DNA from: Treponema sp.
GTDB lineage: Bacteria; Spirochaetota; Spirochaetia; Treponematales; Treponemataceae
Direction: 5' to 3'
NCBI GenBank assembly: GCA_017521105.1
Contig: JAFXDY010000175.1
Span: 562 to 64,561 of the forward strand
Length of the DNA: 64,000 nucleotides
Below, piece by piece: positions 40,878-50,057 of this stretch. Position 1 is the first letter of the stretch. The number at the start of each line of letters is the position of its first letter. The notes beneath the pieces were generated by a model. That model worked only from the letters and a program-made list of their open reading frames with translations. It was not told the DNA's origin and searched no databases. The translations under genes were made by a program, and so were the position numbers.

Positions 40878-42938
40878 TTATTTGTTGTTGGAATTTTGTT
40901 TTACAAAATTATTAAGAGAATTTTGTTGGGATTCCAAACTATTTAATGTACCTTCCATTTGACCGTATTTGTATCTAAGTTCAGCTTCTTTATCTTCCAT
41001 CTGTTCTTCTAGTCTTGTAATTCTTGTTTCAGACGATTTTATTTTTGAATCTAAATTTGCAGTCTTCATTGCCAAAATTCCACCAGTTTGTGTATAGGCA
41101 GAAATCTGTTTGTCTAATTTAAAAGCAATTCCAGAATCAATAATTAAGTCTCCGTCAGTGTCGTAACCAAAAATATTTTTAATATCATCCAAATGATTTT
41201 CTAAAGAAGAATCTAATTTTTTTTCATCAATTTCCAAGTAACCACGCAATTTACTTTGAGAATATCCGCCAGAAGCCCCACTTGCGTTTGTAGAAATTCC
41301 AATTTGTGAAAGCATTGTAATTTCAGCATCATCAGAAAATTTGTATCCAGTAGAAATTATAGACTGCATATTACTTTTAATGTTTGTTAAAGAAAAATCT
41401 GTTTGGAACATTCCTAATAATTCATGTTGTTTTTCTTTTTCTTCGTCAGTTAAATATGTAAGTTCATCAATAATATCACTTTTTGTTTGAGAAAGAATAT
41501 TTATTTTTGCTACAGTTTGATTATATTCACCAACAAAACTAATTAAAGCATCTTTTGAAGCTTCCACATCTGCTTTTACCGCAATTGTAGCTGTTTTTTC
41601 TGTTTTATCATGAAGGTGAAGTGTAATTTCTGGAATAATATCATCAATATCATTAGAAGGTCTTGTAATTCTAATTCCTTCGTACTTTATGATTGCATCA
41701 TCTGCTTCAGAAACTGCATTGTTTGGTTTAAATCCTAAATTTTCATTTGCATCGTAAGCACTAAAAGGTGTTAAAGAAAGTGATTTTGAAGTGTTAACAT
41801 TTCTTACAGCAATTTTTTGAATCCCTTGGTATTCACTTAAAGGTAAATCAATTTTTATTGAATCATAAGTAAAAAGTCCATTTGTATCAATTAATTTTTC
41901 TGTTCCGTCTGCCATAATTGCAAACAAAACATTTTTGCTTTCAATAGGTCTAACTTTTTCTTCTGGCAGTCTAATAGGAAGTTCTGTATCCGAATTTATG
42001 TTTTTTACAATAATTCCTTCAAATTCCGCTCGACCAGATTCTTGCAATACTGGATTCAAAGGTGTTTCATTTAATTTATGTGTTATATCTTCTATGTTCA
42101 AAGATTTAATTTCAAAATTAATGTGATAAGATTTTTCATTTGAAACACTTTCTGGAATTGCAATTTCAAATCCACCACGAGGTTCTACATTTATATATTT
42201 ATCTGTGATTGAAACTTTTTCTAAAGAAAGGGTAGGCATTCTTTTTTGAGCATTTTCTTCTGTGTAATTAGTAATTGAAGCAAGCTGATTTATTGAATCT
42301 CCAAAAGTTTCTGCATTTTTTTGAACTGGAGAAATCATATTAGAATCAATTGCAAAAGTTTTAGCATCTTCTTCAAAAATTAATTTATTTTCTTTTCCAG
42401 TTGCCACCGCTTCAATTAAAATTGATTTTTTGCCCTGTGAAGAGCCAATAATCATTGATTTGATTACACCATTACTGCGCTTGTTTATTGCTTCCGAAAA
42501 ATCAGAAAGAGAACCACCTTTCCAATTGATTGTAACTTTTTTTTCACCAACTTTGTAAATATAAATTCCTCTTGGAACTTTAAAATCTTTTTCTAATTCT
42601 CCAGATAAAAATCTATCTGATGTAGCAGGTTGAATAACATCAACTTTAAAAGATTGCAAATCTGCTGCACGACTAGCTTCGGCTGTAATAGCGTGTTCTT
42701 GAGTTGATGTTGTCATTTTATTGTTAAAAGGATTTTCATACGAATAAAGTGTCTTTATCGTATCTCTTAAAGAGGTGAGGTGCGTATTTATGTCACGCCA
42801 GGCATCTTTTTGCGTTTTTAGTGTTTCAAGTTGTTTTTCTTCCCTTGTTAAAGGAATTCGTTCAACTTTCATCAATTTTTCGATAGTATCATTTGTATTA
42901 TACTTATCTGTAACGCCTGGTATATTAATTCCAGCCAT
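40878..42938 (-). CDS. fliD: Flagellar filament cap protein
   Basis: IEKLMKVERIP N-terminus, DAIIKYEG..SNDIDDII, LSQIGIST, YLEIDEKKL, YGQMEGTL. Confidence 0.95.
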   Translation of the reverse strand: MAGINIPGVTDKYNTNDTIEKLMKVERIPLTREEKQLETLKTQKDAWRDINTHLTSLRDTIKTLYSYENPFNNKMTTSTQEHAITAEASRAADLQSFKVDVIQPATSDRFLSGELEKDFKVPRGIYIYKVGEKKVTINWKGGSLSDFSEAINKRSNGVIKSMIIGSSQGKKSILIEAVATGKENKLIFEEDAKTFAIDSNMISPVQKNAETFGDSINQLASITNYTEENAQKRMPTLSLEKVSITDKYINVEPRGGFEIAIPESVSNEKSYHINFEIKSLNIEDITHKLNETPLNPVLQESGRAEFEGIIVKNINSDTELPIRLPEEKVRPIESKNVLFAIMADGTEKLIDTNGLFTYDSIKIDLPLSEYQGIQKIAVRNVNTSKSLSLTPFSAYDANENLGFKPNNAVSEADDAIIKYEGIRITRPSNDIDDIIPEITLHLHDKTEKTATIAVKADVEASKDALISFVGEYNQTVAKINILSQTKSDIIDELTYLTDEEKEKQHELLGMFQTDFSLTNIKSNMQSIISTGYKFSDDAEITMLSQIGISTNASGASGGYSQSKLRGYLEIDEKKLDSSLENHLDDIKNIFGYDTDGDLIIDSGIAFKLDKQISAYTQTGGILAMKTANLDSKIKSSETRITRLEEQMEDKEAELRYKYGQMEGTLNSLESQQNSLNNFVKQNSNNK

Positions 42939-42970
42939 ATATTATATTTTCGATATTTTTGAATTAAAAC

Positions 42971-43351
42971 CTAAACCATTTCATCAAAAATATTTCCAAT
43001 AACTTTTCTAATTCTTAATTTTAAATTTTGAATATCTTCAGATGGAATTTGCTTTAATACTTTGTTTGTGTTTGAGTCAACAATAGTTACAACAACGCTA
43101 TTTAATTCTTTGTTAACGTTAAATTGTAACTTTCTGCCAGTTATTGAACTTGCCATTTTTTGCAATTCTTGACTGTCAGCTTTTATTTTAGCAATGCTAT
43201 CTTCGATATTTTGCGCAACTTTAGAGCCATCAGGTGTAACTGGAGTATAACTTTCTACAGCAGAAACACTTTGCCTATTAGAAACTTTTGATGTATAGGA
43301 TTGGCCTTCCATTGCCAATTGAACCGGTGAATTTGTAACAATTGTATTCAT
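42971..43351 (-). CDS. flaG: Flagellar protein FlaG
   Basis: KLQFNVN..VVVTIVD..VLKQIPSE..GNIFD; lies between flagellin and fliD. Confidence 0.92.
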   Translation of the reverse strand: MNTIVTNSPVQLAMEGQSYTSKVSNRQSVSAVESYTPVTPDGSKVAQNIEDSIAKIKADSQELQKMASSITGRKLQFNVNKELNSVVVTIVDSNTNKVLKQIPSEDIQNLKLRIRKVIGNIFDEMV

Positions 43352-43387
43352 AGGTCCTCCTTTTTTCTTCCTTGAAAAAATGATACA

Positions 43388-43408
43388 GAAGGGGGGCGCA
43401 ACCCCTTC
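43388..43408 (-). terminator. Hairpin (terminator/attenuator) between flagellin and flaG
   Basis: GAAGGGG/CCCCTTC stem followed on the minus strand by a T-rich run. Confidence 0.5.
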
Positions 43409-43488
43409 ATACCATATAAATTAGTATTTCCTATGGAAACACTAAAAACCAAAAAGATGACATCCAGAAATCTCTTTGGTTTAAAAGT

Positions 43489-44334
43489 CTATTGCAAAAG
43501 TGCAAGAACAGTTTGTGATTGAGAGTTAGCTTGTGCAAGCATAGCAGTACCAGCTTGTGTGAGAATCTGGTTCTTTGTATACTCAACCATTTCTGAAGCC
43601 ATATCAGTATCTCTAATGCGGCTTTCTGCTGCTTGTGTATTTTCAGCAGCAATGTTAATTCCTTTTGCAGCAAGTTCAAAACGGTTTTGATATGCACCTA
43701 AATCTGCTCTTTGTTTTGTTACATTTTTCAATGCTTCATCAACAGCAGCAAGAGTTAAGTTTGCTTCATCAGGAGAAGAGATAGAAATTTGTTCATCTCC
43801 ACCCTGTGCACCTTTTAATCCAAGGGCAGTAGCAGTCATAGTACCGATATAAACTCTAGTATTCTGGTCAACATTAGCACCAATGTGGAATTGCATTACA
43901 TCTCCACCCAGAGCAAAACGTCCAGTCAACATATTCATTCCATTGAATTGTGCTTGACTAGCAATTCTATCAACTTCAGCAACAAGCTGTGAAACTTCAA
44001 CTTGAATCTGCATACGATCTTCATCGCTGTAGATACCGTTAGCTGACTGAACTGCAAGTTCGCGAACACGTTGCAAAATGTCTGTTGTTTCATTTAAATA
44101 TCCTTCAGTTGTTTGGATAAATGAAACACCATTTTGAATGTTTCTTGAAGCTTGGTTAAGCCCGCGAATTTGACTGCGCATCTTTTCTGATACTGCAAGT
44201 CCTGATGCATCATCTCCGGCGCGATTAATGCGTTCACCAGAAGAAAGTTTTTCCATATTCTTCATGATTGAATCATTAGAAATGCCCAATACACGATTAG
44301 AATATAGTGAACTCATATTGTGATTAATAATCAT
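43489..44334 (-). CDS. flaB: Flagellar core flagellin (FlaB3-like)
   Basis: [44 protein letters not shown]; 281 aa. Confidence 0.96.
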   Translation of the reverse strand: MIINHNMSSLYSNRVLGISNDSIMKNMEKLSSGERINRAGDDASGLAVSEKMRSQIRGLNQASRNIQNGVSFIQTTEGYLNETTDILQRVRELAVQSANGIYSDEDRMQIQVEVSQLVAEVDRIASQAQFNGMNMLTGRFALGGDVMQFHIGANVDQNTRVYIGTMTATALGLKGAQGGDEQISISSPDEANLTLAAVDEALKNVTKQRADLGAYQNRFELAAKGINIAAENTQAAESRIRDTDMASEMVEYTKNQILTQAGTAMLAQANSQSQTVLALLQ

Positions 44335-44515
44335 ATTTGTGCCTCCGTGTTTATAAACGTTAAAGCCTCATGCTTTACGTCCTGCAGGTGAAGGCTAAAT
44401 TAGTTCTTGCGCCTCTAATTTAGTTCAGACCTATTCAGCAGGAATAGTCTGTCTAAAATAAACAGACTGTTCCTGCTGTCACCTGCATGCACAGATTCAC
44501 AGTTGTCAAAGAACA
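44335..44515 (-). promoter_or_regulatory. Structured flagellin leader with a boxA-like element
   Basis: TGTTCTTTGACAACT (44515-44501) followed by nested inverted repeats 44361-44487. Confidence 0.6.
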
Positions 44516-44617
44516 AACATATCTGAAATATGCTTCGTATATTAAATAAAAATTTAATAACCGTTTAAAACATGGTGTTTTGGGAAAAATAAAAGAGTAG
44601 AGTTGTAACACCGTGCA

Positions 44618-44653
44618 AATTAATACAATGCCCATAAAGGCATTGTATTAATT
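44618..44653 (-). terminator. Stem-loop after the upstream flagellin
   Basis: Perfect 15-bp IR AATTAATACAATGCC/GGCATTGTATTAATT; weak U tail. Confidence 0.65.
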
Positions 44654-44661
44654 ATAATATA

Positions 44662-45522
44662 CTATCTTAACAAAGACAAGACATTTTGTGATTGAGAATT
44701 AGCTTGTGCCAACATAGCTGTACCAGCTTGTTGAAGAACAGAATTCTTAGTGAATTCAACCATTTGGCTAGCCATATCTGTATCACGAATGCGGCTTTCA
44801 GAAGCTTGAAGATTTTCAGCTGCAATGTTCAAACCTTTTACTGTGTATTCCATTCTGTTTTGGTATGCACCAAGGTCTGCTCTTTGTTTGTTGATTTTCT
44901 TAAGAGCTTCGTCAATAACACCAATTGCACGGTTGGCATCTTCCGGTGTAGCAAGTGTGATTTTTGCTTCAGTACCGATTTCGCGGATACCGAGGGCAGT
45001 TGCACTCATTGTACCAATGTAAACTTGCATACGTTGATCCATGTTAGAACCAATGTGGAACCACATAGATGCTGTAACAACATTTTCACCCATTGGACGA
45101 GCAAAACGACCTGTAAGCATATTCATTCCGTTGAATTGAGCGGAACTTGCAATTCTATCAACTTCAGATACTAATGCAGAAATTTCAACCTGGATTTGCA
45201 TACGATCTTCATCTGAATAAATACCATTTGAAGATTGAATTGCTAATTCACGAATACGTTGCATGATATCTGTTGTTTCTTGCAAATAACCTTCAGTTGT
45301 TTGAATGAAACTAATACCATTTTGAGCGTTTTGTGAAGCGCGGTTTAAACCTCTAATCTGGCTGCGCATTTTTTCAGAAACTGCAAGTCCTGATGCGTCA
45401 TCACCAGCACGATTAATTCTTTCTCCAGATGAAAGTTTTTCCATATCTTTTGAAAGACCTAACCCAGTAATACCGAGTTGACGATTGGCAAACATTGCCG
45501 ACATGTTGTGGTTGATAACCAT
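44662..45522 (-). CDS. flaB: Flagellar core flagellin (FlaB1/FlaB2-like)
   Basis: True start [12 protein letters not shown] at 45522 after AAGGAGG; [14 protein letters not shown] motif; 286 aa. Confidence 0.96.
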   Translation of the reverse strand: MVINHNMSAMFANRQLGITGLGLSKDMEKLSSGERINRAGDDASGLAVSEKMRSQIRGLNRASQNAQNGISFIQTTEGYLQETTDIMQRIRELAIQSSNGIYSDEDRMQIQVEISALVSEVDRIASSAQFNGMNMLTGRFARPMGENVVTASMWFHIGSNMDQRMQVYIGTMSATALGIREIGTEAKITLATPEDANRAIGVIDEALKKINKQRADLGAYQNRMEYTVKGLNIAAENLQASESRIRDTDMASQMVEFTKNSVLQQAGTAMLAQANSQSQNVLSLLR

Positions 45523-45525
45523 AAT

Positions 45526-45567
45526 ATTCCTCCTTGGAATGTTGTAGCAGAAGAATCCTTTCTTCTG
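45526..45567 (-). promoter_or_regulatory. Putative CsrA-binding GGA hairpins in the flaB leader
   Basis: Minus strand CAGAAGA-AAGGAT-TCTTCTG and ATTCC-AAGGA-GGAAT (the second overlaps the SD). Confidence 0.7.
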
Positions 45568-45675
45568 AAAAAGTTGCAAAAATGCGTAAATGTTGTTTAC
45601 AAGGCTACATCTACACATTTTTGCTGAATTGTAATAACAATATAATCCTTATAAAGTTATTACTCTTCTTTTTAG

Positions 45676-45703
45676 ATATCGGCAATGTTATGATAAAACT
45701 TTA
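45676..45703 (-). promoter_or_regulatory. Sigma28 promoter of flaB
   Basis: TAAA(GTTT)-N16-GCCGATAT. Confidence 0.85.
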
Positions 45704-45721
45704 GTAAAATTTTAAAAAAAA

Positions 45722-46375
45722 TTATAATTTTTCAATTATTTTTTGTAAGGCTCTAACTGCTTTTCCTCTGTGTGAAATAGCGTGTTTTTCATCTGCTGTT
45801 AATTGTGCAATTGTTTTATTTTGTTGTGGCAAAAAAACAATAGGGTCGTAACCAAAACCACCATTACCAGCTTGTTTTTCTATTGAATCAATTATTGTTC
45901 CTTCAAAAGTTTCTTGTGCAACAAAAAGTCTGTCTGGTCCCAAATATAAAACCATGGCACATGTGTAATGACAAGAACGTTCTCCATTTAAATAAGGCAT
46001 TTTTGGAAGATTTTTTTGTTTTATTGCTTCATTTAGTTGATTAATTAAATGAAGATTTTGTTCTTCTTGCGAAATTTTACTTCCATCAGGTTTTCCTTTC
46101 ATAAATTCAGGTCCCGCATATCTTGAAGAATAAATGCCAGGAGCACCATTTAGTGCATCTACACAAATCCCAGAATCATCAGCTATAACAGGACATTTTA
46201 CAATTTCGTACAAAGCTTTCGCTTTTATTAAACTGTTTTCATAAAAAGTAGTTCCTGTTTCTTCTGGATCAAATTCAATTCCATCATCAGCTGGAGTTCG
46301 AATTTCATGTTGCGAAAAAATCTCTTGAATTTCTCTTTTCTTATTTTGATTACTTGTAGCTAAATATATTTTCAT
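45722..46375 (-). CDS. rdgB: Non-canonical purine NTP pyrophosphatase (RdgB/HAM1)
   Basis: ATSNQNK, ETGTTFYEN, ADDSG, APGIYSSRY, GFGYDP, SHRGKA. Confidence 0.95.
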   Translation of the reverse strand: MKIYLATSNQNKKREIQEIFSQHEIRTPADDGIEFDPEETGTTFYENSLIKAKALYEIVKCPVIADDSGICVDALNGAPGIYSSRYAGPEFMKGKPDGSKISQEEQNLHLINQLNEAIKQKNLPKMPYLNGERSCHYTCAMVLYLGPDRLFVAQETFEGTIIDSIEKQAGNGGFGYDPIVFLPQQNKTIAQLTADEKHAISHRGKAVRALQKIIEKL

Positions 46376-46415
46376 AACATTGATAATATTAAAAAAAAAG
46401 AATTAGCACAATAAT

Positions 46416-47357
46416 TTATTCCTCATGATTATTTGATGAATCATCTGTTAGCCTTTTGATAGCTTTTACATAATAATTAACCTGACGTTCACATAATCCT
46501 AAAGCATCAGAAATATCTTTATTTGTTGGTTTTAAATAATTTGTTGATTCAAATATTTTTTTATTTAATTGATTAAGTGTAGATGAAGTTTTTTTATATC
46601 TTTCAATTATTTCTTCTTTTTGAACAGTGTTTAATGCACTTGCTTCTTTTGTAATTTGTGATAATTCTTTTTCACTTTTTTTGTATCTAAAGTATGCATT
46701 GTTTCTTTTTTCTTCTAAAATTTTTCTTCTTTTTTGTTTAGAATTAATTTTTGAATTTAGATAATCAATCAAATCATATAACTTTTCTTTTGAAATATTG
46801 CAACTTTTTGATATTATTTGAATGTATTTTTCTGTTAAGTGATAAGAATTTTTAAGGGAAAGAACTAATAAAAACTTTTCGTATCCTCTAGGATGCATTT
46901 TTATAATTTTTAATAATTCCATGTTTGTATTAATTTTATCTTCGGTAAATAATGATTCTAAAAAATTTGTTGGTTGGGATAAAGATAAATAATCTTCATC
47001 AATTTGATGTTCATTTATGGTGTTATAATAGTTTTCTTTTGATTGTTCTAAAGCAATTGATTCATTAATTTGATTTATGGTAGTACGTTTTAATAAATTA
47101 AGTTTTAATCCTTGAATAAATTTATAAAAATAGGTAAAAAAGCTTGCAACGTTTTCATCGTATAAATCAAAAATCCTGTTGCCTTTTTCTAATAACATTA
47201 AGGTTAATTCACTACGAAAATCAGCATCGTATTTGTGTAAACCAAATACTGGACCATTTTCTTGAAGAAATTCACTAAGCAAGTTTAAAGCATCTTTTTG
47301 GGAAATCTCATTGTTTTTAATTTTACTTGGAATGAGATTCAAATTTAAATAATTCAT
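46416..47357 (-). CDS. Hypothetical protein with sigma70 region-2-like segment and C-terminal HTH
   Basis: DFRSEL..IFDLYDENVASFFTYF..IQ resembles region 2.2-2.4; PTNKDISDALGLCERQV HTH; AAGGAG SD. Confidence 0.6.
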   Translation of the reverse strand: MNYLNLNLIPSKIKNNEISQKDALNLLSEFLQENGPVFGLHKYDADFRSELTLMLLEKGNRIFDLYDENVASFFTYFYKFIQGLKLNLLKRTTINQINESIALEQSKENYYNTINEHQIDEDYLSLSQPTNFLESLFTEDKINTNMELLKIIKMHPRGYEKFLLVLSLKNSYHLTEKYIQIISKSCNISKEKLYDLIDYLNSKINSKQKRRKILEEKRNNAYFRYKKSEKELSQITKEASALNTVQKEEIIERYKKTSSTLNQLNKKIFESTNYLKPTNKDISDALGLCERQVNYYVKAIKRLTDDSSNNHEE

Positions 47358-47416
47358 AAAATACTCCTTGCATCCTTTATTAAATATTGGACTTTCTTAA
47401 TCTGTATATTTTGGTA

Positions 47417-47433
47417 TGCAAGAAATATGCCAA
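47417..47433 (-). promoter_or_regulatory. Putative sigma54 (-24/-12) promoter
   Basis: TTGGCATATTTCTTGCA = GG-N10-GC, near the TGGCAC-N5-TTGCA consensus, 60 nt upstream of ATG 47357. Confidence 0.72.
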
Positions 47434-47445
47434 CTTTTATGTGTT

Positions 47446-48432
47446 TTATAATATCTTTGAAAATTCTTTTACAATTTGAGGAATAATATTTTCAAGTTTT
47501 CCATCTGTACACATGCCAGAAGCATTTTTGTGTCCGCCTCCACCAAATTTTGCTGCAACTTGGGAAACATCAACTTTATCTAAACTTCTGAAGCCCCCTG
47601 TACATGTTGAAATTGAATCTTGTCTTAAAAAAACTGCAACTTCTACATCCTGTGAAGAAAGTAAAAGTTGATAAAGTGCATCTGAGTCTCGACCTTCGGA
47701 ACCATATTTTTTTGTGTCTTCTAAAGTTTCATAAGTGATGACTAATTTTCCGTCAAGGTATCTTTCTGCTTTTGAAAGAAGAATACCAAGAAGTTGGCGG
47801 GTGGAGTAGGGTTTGCCAGAATTTATTTCATTATAAATTGCTCTAGGTTCAACTCCGTAAGAAACTAATCTAGCAGCGGCCATAAATATTTCTTGAGACC
47901 CTGTTGTTAAAAATCTAAAATAACCAGTGTCTGTACAAAGTCCAAAAAATAAAATATTTGCCAAAGATAAAGGAATGGGGCCTATAAGTTTTTCGTAAAA
48001 AATTTGAACTAAATATGAACACGCTGGAGCGTCGGCATCAATAAAGCCTCTTGCTTTTTCTGGTAAGTTACTTGTTTTGTGATGATCTATAACAAAAATA
48101 TCGATATTTGAAAAATCATTGTCAAATTCTCCAAGTCTTGAAATTTCAGAACAATCTAAAATAAATAATCCTGTTCGTTCTCTGTCTTTGTTATCTAAAA
48201 AATCCATTTTTGAAGAAAATTTTTTTTCGTACTGTTTAATTTCGTTTCTTTTAAAAGGACCTGCAGATAATAATTTGTATTCTTTATTAAATTTTTTTAA
48301 AATTCCTGCAATTCCAAAACAAGAAGCAATACAGTCACCGTCAGGTTCTTTATGTCCAACTATGTAAAAATATTCGTGTGAAGAAATAAATTCTTTTAAT
48401 TCGTTAATGTTATTTTCTGTAATCTCTTTCAT
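47446..48432 (-). CDS. nrnA: DHH/DHHA1 family phosphoesterase (NrnA-like)
   Basis: GHKEPDGD, LDC, IDHH, TDTG.F, GGGGHKNASG; start MKEITE after AGGA. Confidence 0.88.
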   Translation of the reverse strand: MKEITENNINELKEFISSHEYFYIVGHKEPDGDCIASCFGIAGILKKFNKEYKLLSAGPFKRNEIKQYEKKFSSKMDFLDNKDRERTGLFILDCSEISRLGEFDNDFSNIDIFVIDHHKTSNLPEKARGFIDADAPACSYLVQIFYEKLIGPIPLSLANILFFGLCTDTGYFRFLTTGSQEIFMAAARLVSYGVEPRAIYNEINSGKPYSTRQLLGILLSKAERYLDGKLVITYETLEDTKKYGSEGRDSDALYQLLLSSQDVEVAVFLRQDSISTCTGGFRSLDKVDVSQVAAKFGGGGHKNASGMCTDGKLENIIPQIVKEFSKIL

Positions 48433-48460
48433 ATTAATCCTAAAAATATGCCTATTATAA

Positions 48461-48493
48461 AAAAAAAGGGTTGAACAATTCAACCCTTTTTTT
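48461..48493. terminator. Intrinsic terminator (bidirectional form)
   Basis: A-run GGGTTGAA-caa-TTCAACCC T-run. Confidence 0.75.
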
Positions 48494-48522
48494 AACTCTA
48501 AAGCTAATATTAATATATTTTA

Positions 48523-48966
48523 TTATAATTCAATTTCTTCTAATGTTTCTTTATCTGAACCTTCAATAGACTTTCTTGACTTTGTAAGTCCCCAAATGCT
48601 TCTTTTTTTATCTAAAGGAGCTGTTAAGATAACTCTATGAAATTCACCATCTTTTTTTACAATAGTCATAAATGAATTGATATTGTTTTTTACAGTTCTA
48701 AATTTAAGTTTTCTTGGATTTTCTGGATTTCCTTGAGTCCAACTCTTTGGAATTACAGTTTGACCAACTCCAATTTTGTTCTTTTGGTATACAACAACAT
48801 AAGCATCAACACCTTCAAGAATTTTTAAAATAGGAACATTTACATAAGAAATTGAAGACCATTTTGATTCGTCTTTTTCGTATTGTCCAACACCATTGTT
48901 TTCTTGAGCAAAAAGTCCCATAGAAAAGATTGCCATTAAACTAAATATCATAAGTAATTTTTTCAT
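48523..48966 (-). CDS. Exported hypothetical protein
   Basis: Start MKKLLMIF after GAGAGG; signal peptide ending LFA. Confidence 0.75.
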   Translation of the reverse strand: MKKLLMIFSLMAIFSMGLFAQENNGVGQYEKDESKWSSISYVNVPILKILEGVDAYVVVYQKNKIGVGQTVIPKSWTQGNPENPRKLKFRTVKNNINSFMTIVKKDGEFHRVILTAPLDKKRSIWGLTKSRKSIEGSDKETLEEIEL

Positions 48967-49113
48967 AATCTGCCTCTCGTTACTTGTCTGATTAATTATT
49001 ATAAACTGTAAATTTATTTTTAACAACTATTTTATTTTTTTTATTTTCTGTATGTAACTTATTTAAAAATTGATGTATTATTATATATATAAACATTATT
49101 TTTGAGGTCAAAA

Positions 49114-49926
49114 ATGAAAAAGTTACATTTATTAATTTTAAGTTTAGTTTGTTTTACTATTTTATCAACATCTTGTAGTTCTAATAAATCGTCAGATTTT
49201 GCAGTTTCAGAAGATGCATCCCCAACTTTAAACGATAAAAAAACTGTTAAAGCTCCAGCTCAGAAAAAACAATTTGTTTTGTTTAAGTATGGAAATGTTG
49301 GTGATTATATTCAAGTAGATAATTCATCTGTATTTACACCAAATGTGCTTGGAGCCTTAAAACAAAAAAAAGCAACTGTTGTAATTTATCCAAAACAAGA
49401 ACTTGCGGGATTTGGTTCACCATATTTAGCAGCTTATTATTATTTGTTCATGAATGAAACATCAAGAAACAATTTAAGAAAAGCCGTAGATAATTATTTT
49501 TCTGATTTTGAAAATAAACGATTGTTAAGAGACGGTAAAAATACAGATAAAATTTATGGTAAAACAGATGTTAATCTTAGATGGGGAACTCTAAGTAATT
49601 CAACTCCAAATAATGGCGATGCTGTTATGAATCTTGGTTATGTATTTAAAAAAGGTTCACCATATTTTTCTATTACAATTTACCCTACATTTAATAAATA
49701 TAGTGAAGTTACTAGTGCAGTTGATCGTGAATCTATGATGTTGACTTATTATTTTACAAAGGCTCAAATTTCTGAGATTTTATCTATGTTAGATGAAGAT
49801 ATGATTACTGAACAATTTAATATTTACAAAAATGATAACGTATTTACAAATGAAGATGTTGATTCTTATGATGATTCTGATGATTATTCAAGTGAAGAAT
49901 ATACAGAAGCTGTTGTTGAAGAATAA
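49114..49926 (+). CDS. Putative lipoprotein with an acidic C-terminal tail
   Basis: MKK..ILSTSC spirochetal lipobox; GAGG SD. Confidence 0.75.
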   Translation: MKKLHLLILSLVCFTILSTSCSSNKSSDFAVSEDASPTLNDKKTVKAPAQKKQFVLFKYGNVGDYIQVDNSSVFTPNVLGALKQKKATVVIYPKQELAGFGSPYLAAYYYLFMNETSRNNLRKAVDNYFSDFENKRLLRDGKNTDKIYGKTDVNLRWGTLSNSTPNNGDAVMNLGYVFKKGSPYFSITIYPTFNKYSEVTSAVDRESMMLTYYFTKAQISEILSMLDEDMITEQFNIYKNDNVFTNEDVDSYDDSDDYSSEEYTEAVVEE

Positions 49927-49950
49927 AGTTAAAATCCGTTAATTTTTGTT

Positions 49951-49993
49951 AAACTTTGTTAAAAATTTAATAATTTTTAACAAAGTTTTTTTT
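49951..49993 (+). terminator. Intrinsic terminator
   Basis: 17-bp IR AAACTTTGTTAAAAATT/AATTTTTAACAAAGTTT plus T run. Confidence 0.65.
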
Positions 49994-50014
49994 ATTATTT
50001 TACCTGCATTTCTA

Positions 50015-50043
50015 TTGACATAAAATCTAAAAAAAGATATTAT
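50015..50043 (+). promoter_or_regulatory. Sigma70 promoter of the tRNA gene
   Basis: TTGACA-N17-TATTAT. Confidence 0.8.
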
Positions 50044-50057
50044 TCAAAACATCACTT

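Noticed and set aside
42939-42975. Sigma28 promoter directly before fliD (TTAG-N16-ATCGAAAA)
   Set aside because: Too many mismatches to call, although fliD lacks an obvious SD
44355-44385. c-di-GMP-I (GEMM) riboswitch suggested by GGACGTAAAGC..GGCTTTAA on the minus strand
   Set aside because: The upstream GGCAAA and GNRA-capped P2 elements are missing; not supportable without a covariance model
44692-45174. 160-aa plus-strand ORF and the other 60-130 aa ORFs overlapping larger genes
   Set aside because: Antisense or off-frame shadows of well-supported genes, with no motifs or SD
43489-45522. Long DNA similarity between two segments as a repeat or assembly duplication
   Set aside because: Explained by paralogous flagellins with divergent central regions
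45523-45618. N-terminal extension of flagellin in the ORF track (318 aa)
   Set aside because: The conserved start MVINHN has an AAGGAGG SD, so the extension is 5' UTR. The same logic shortened cheW, rluA, fliW, the DHH gene and the 48.5-49.9 kb genes
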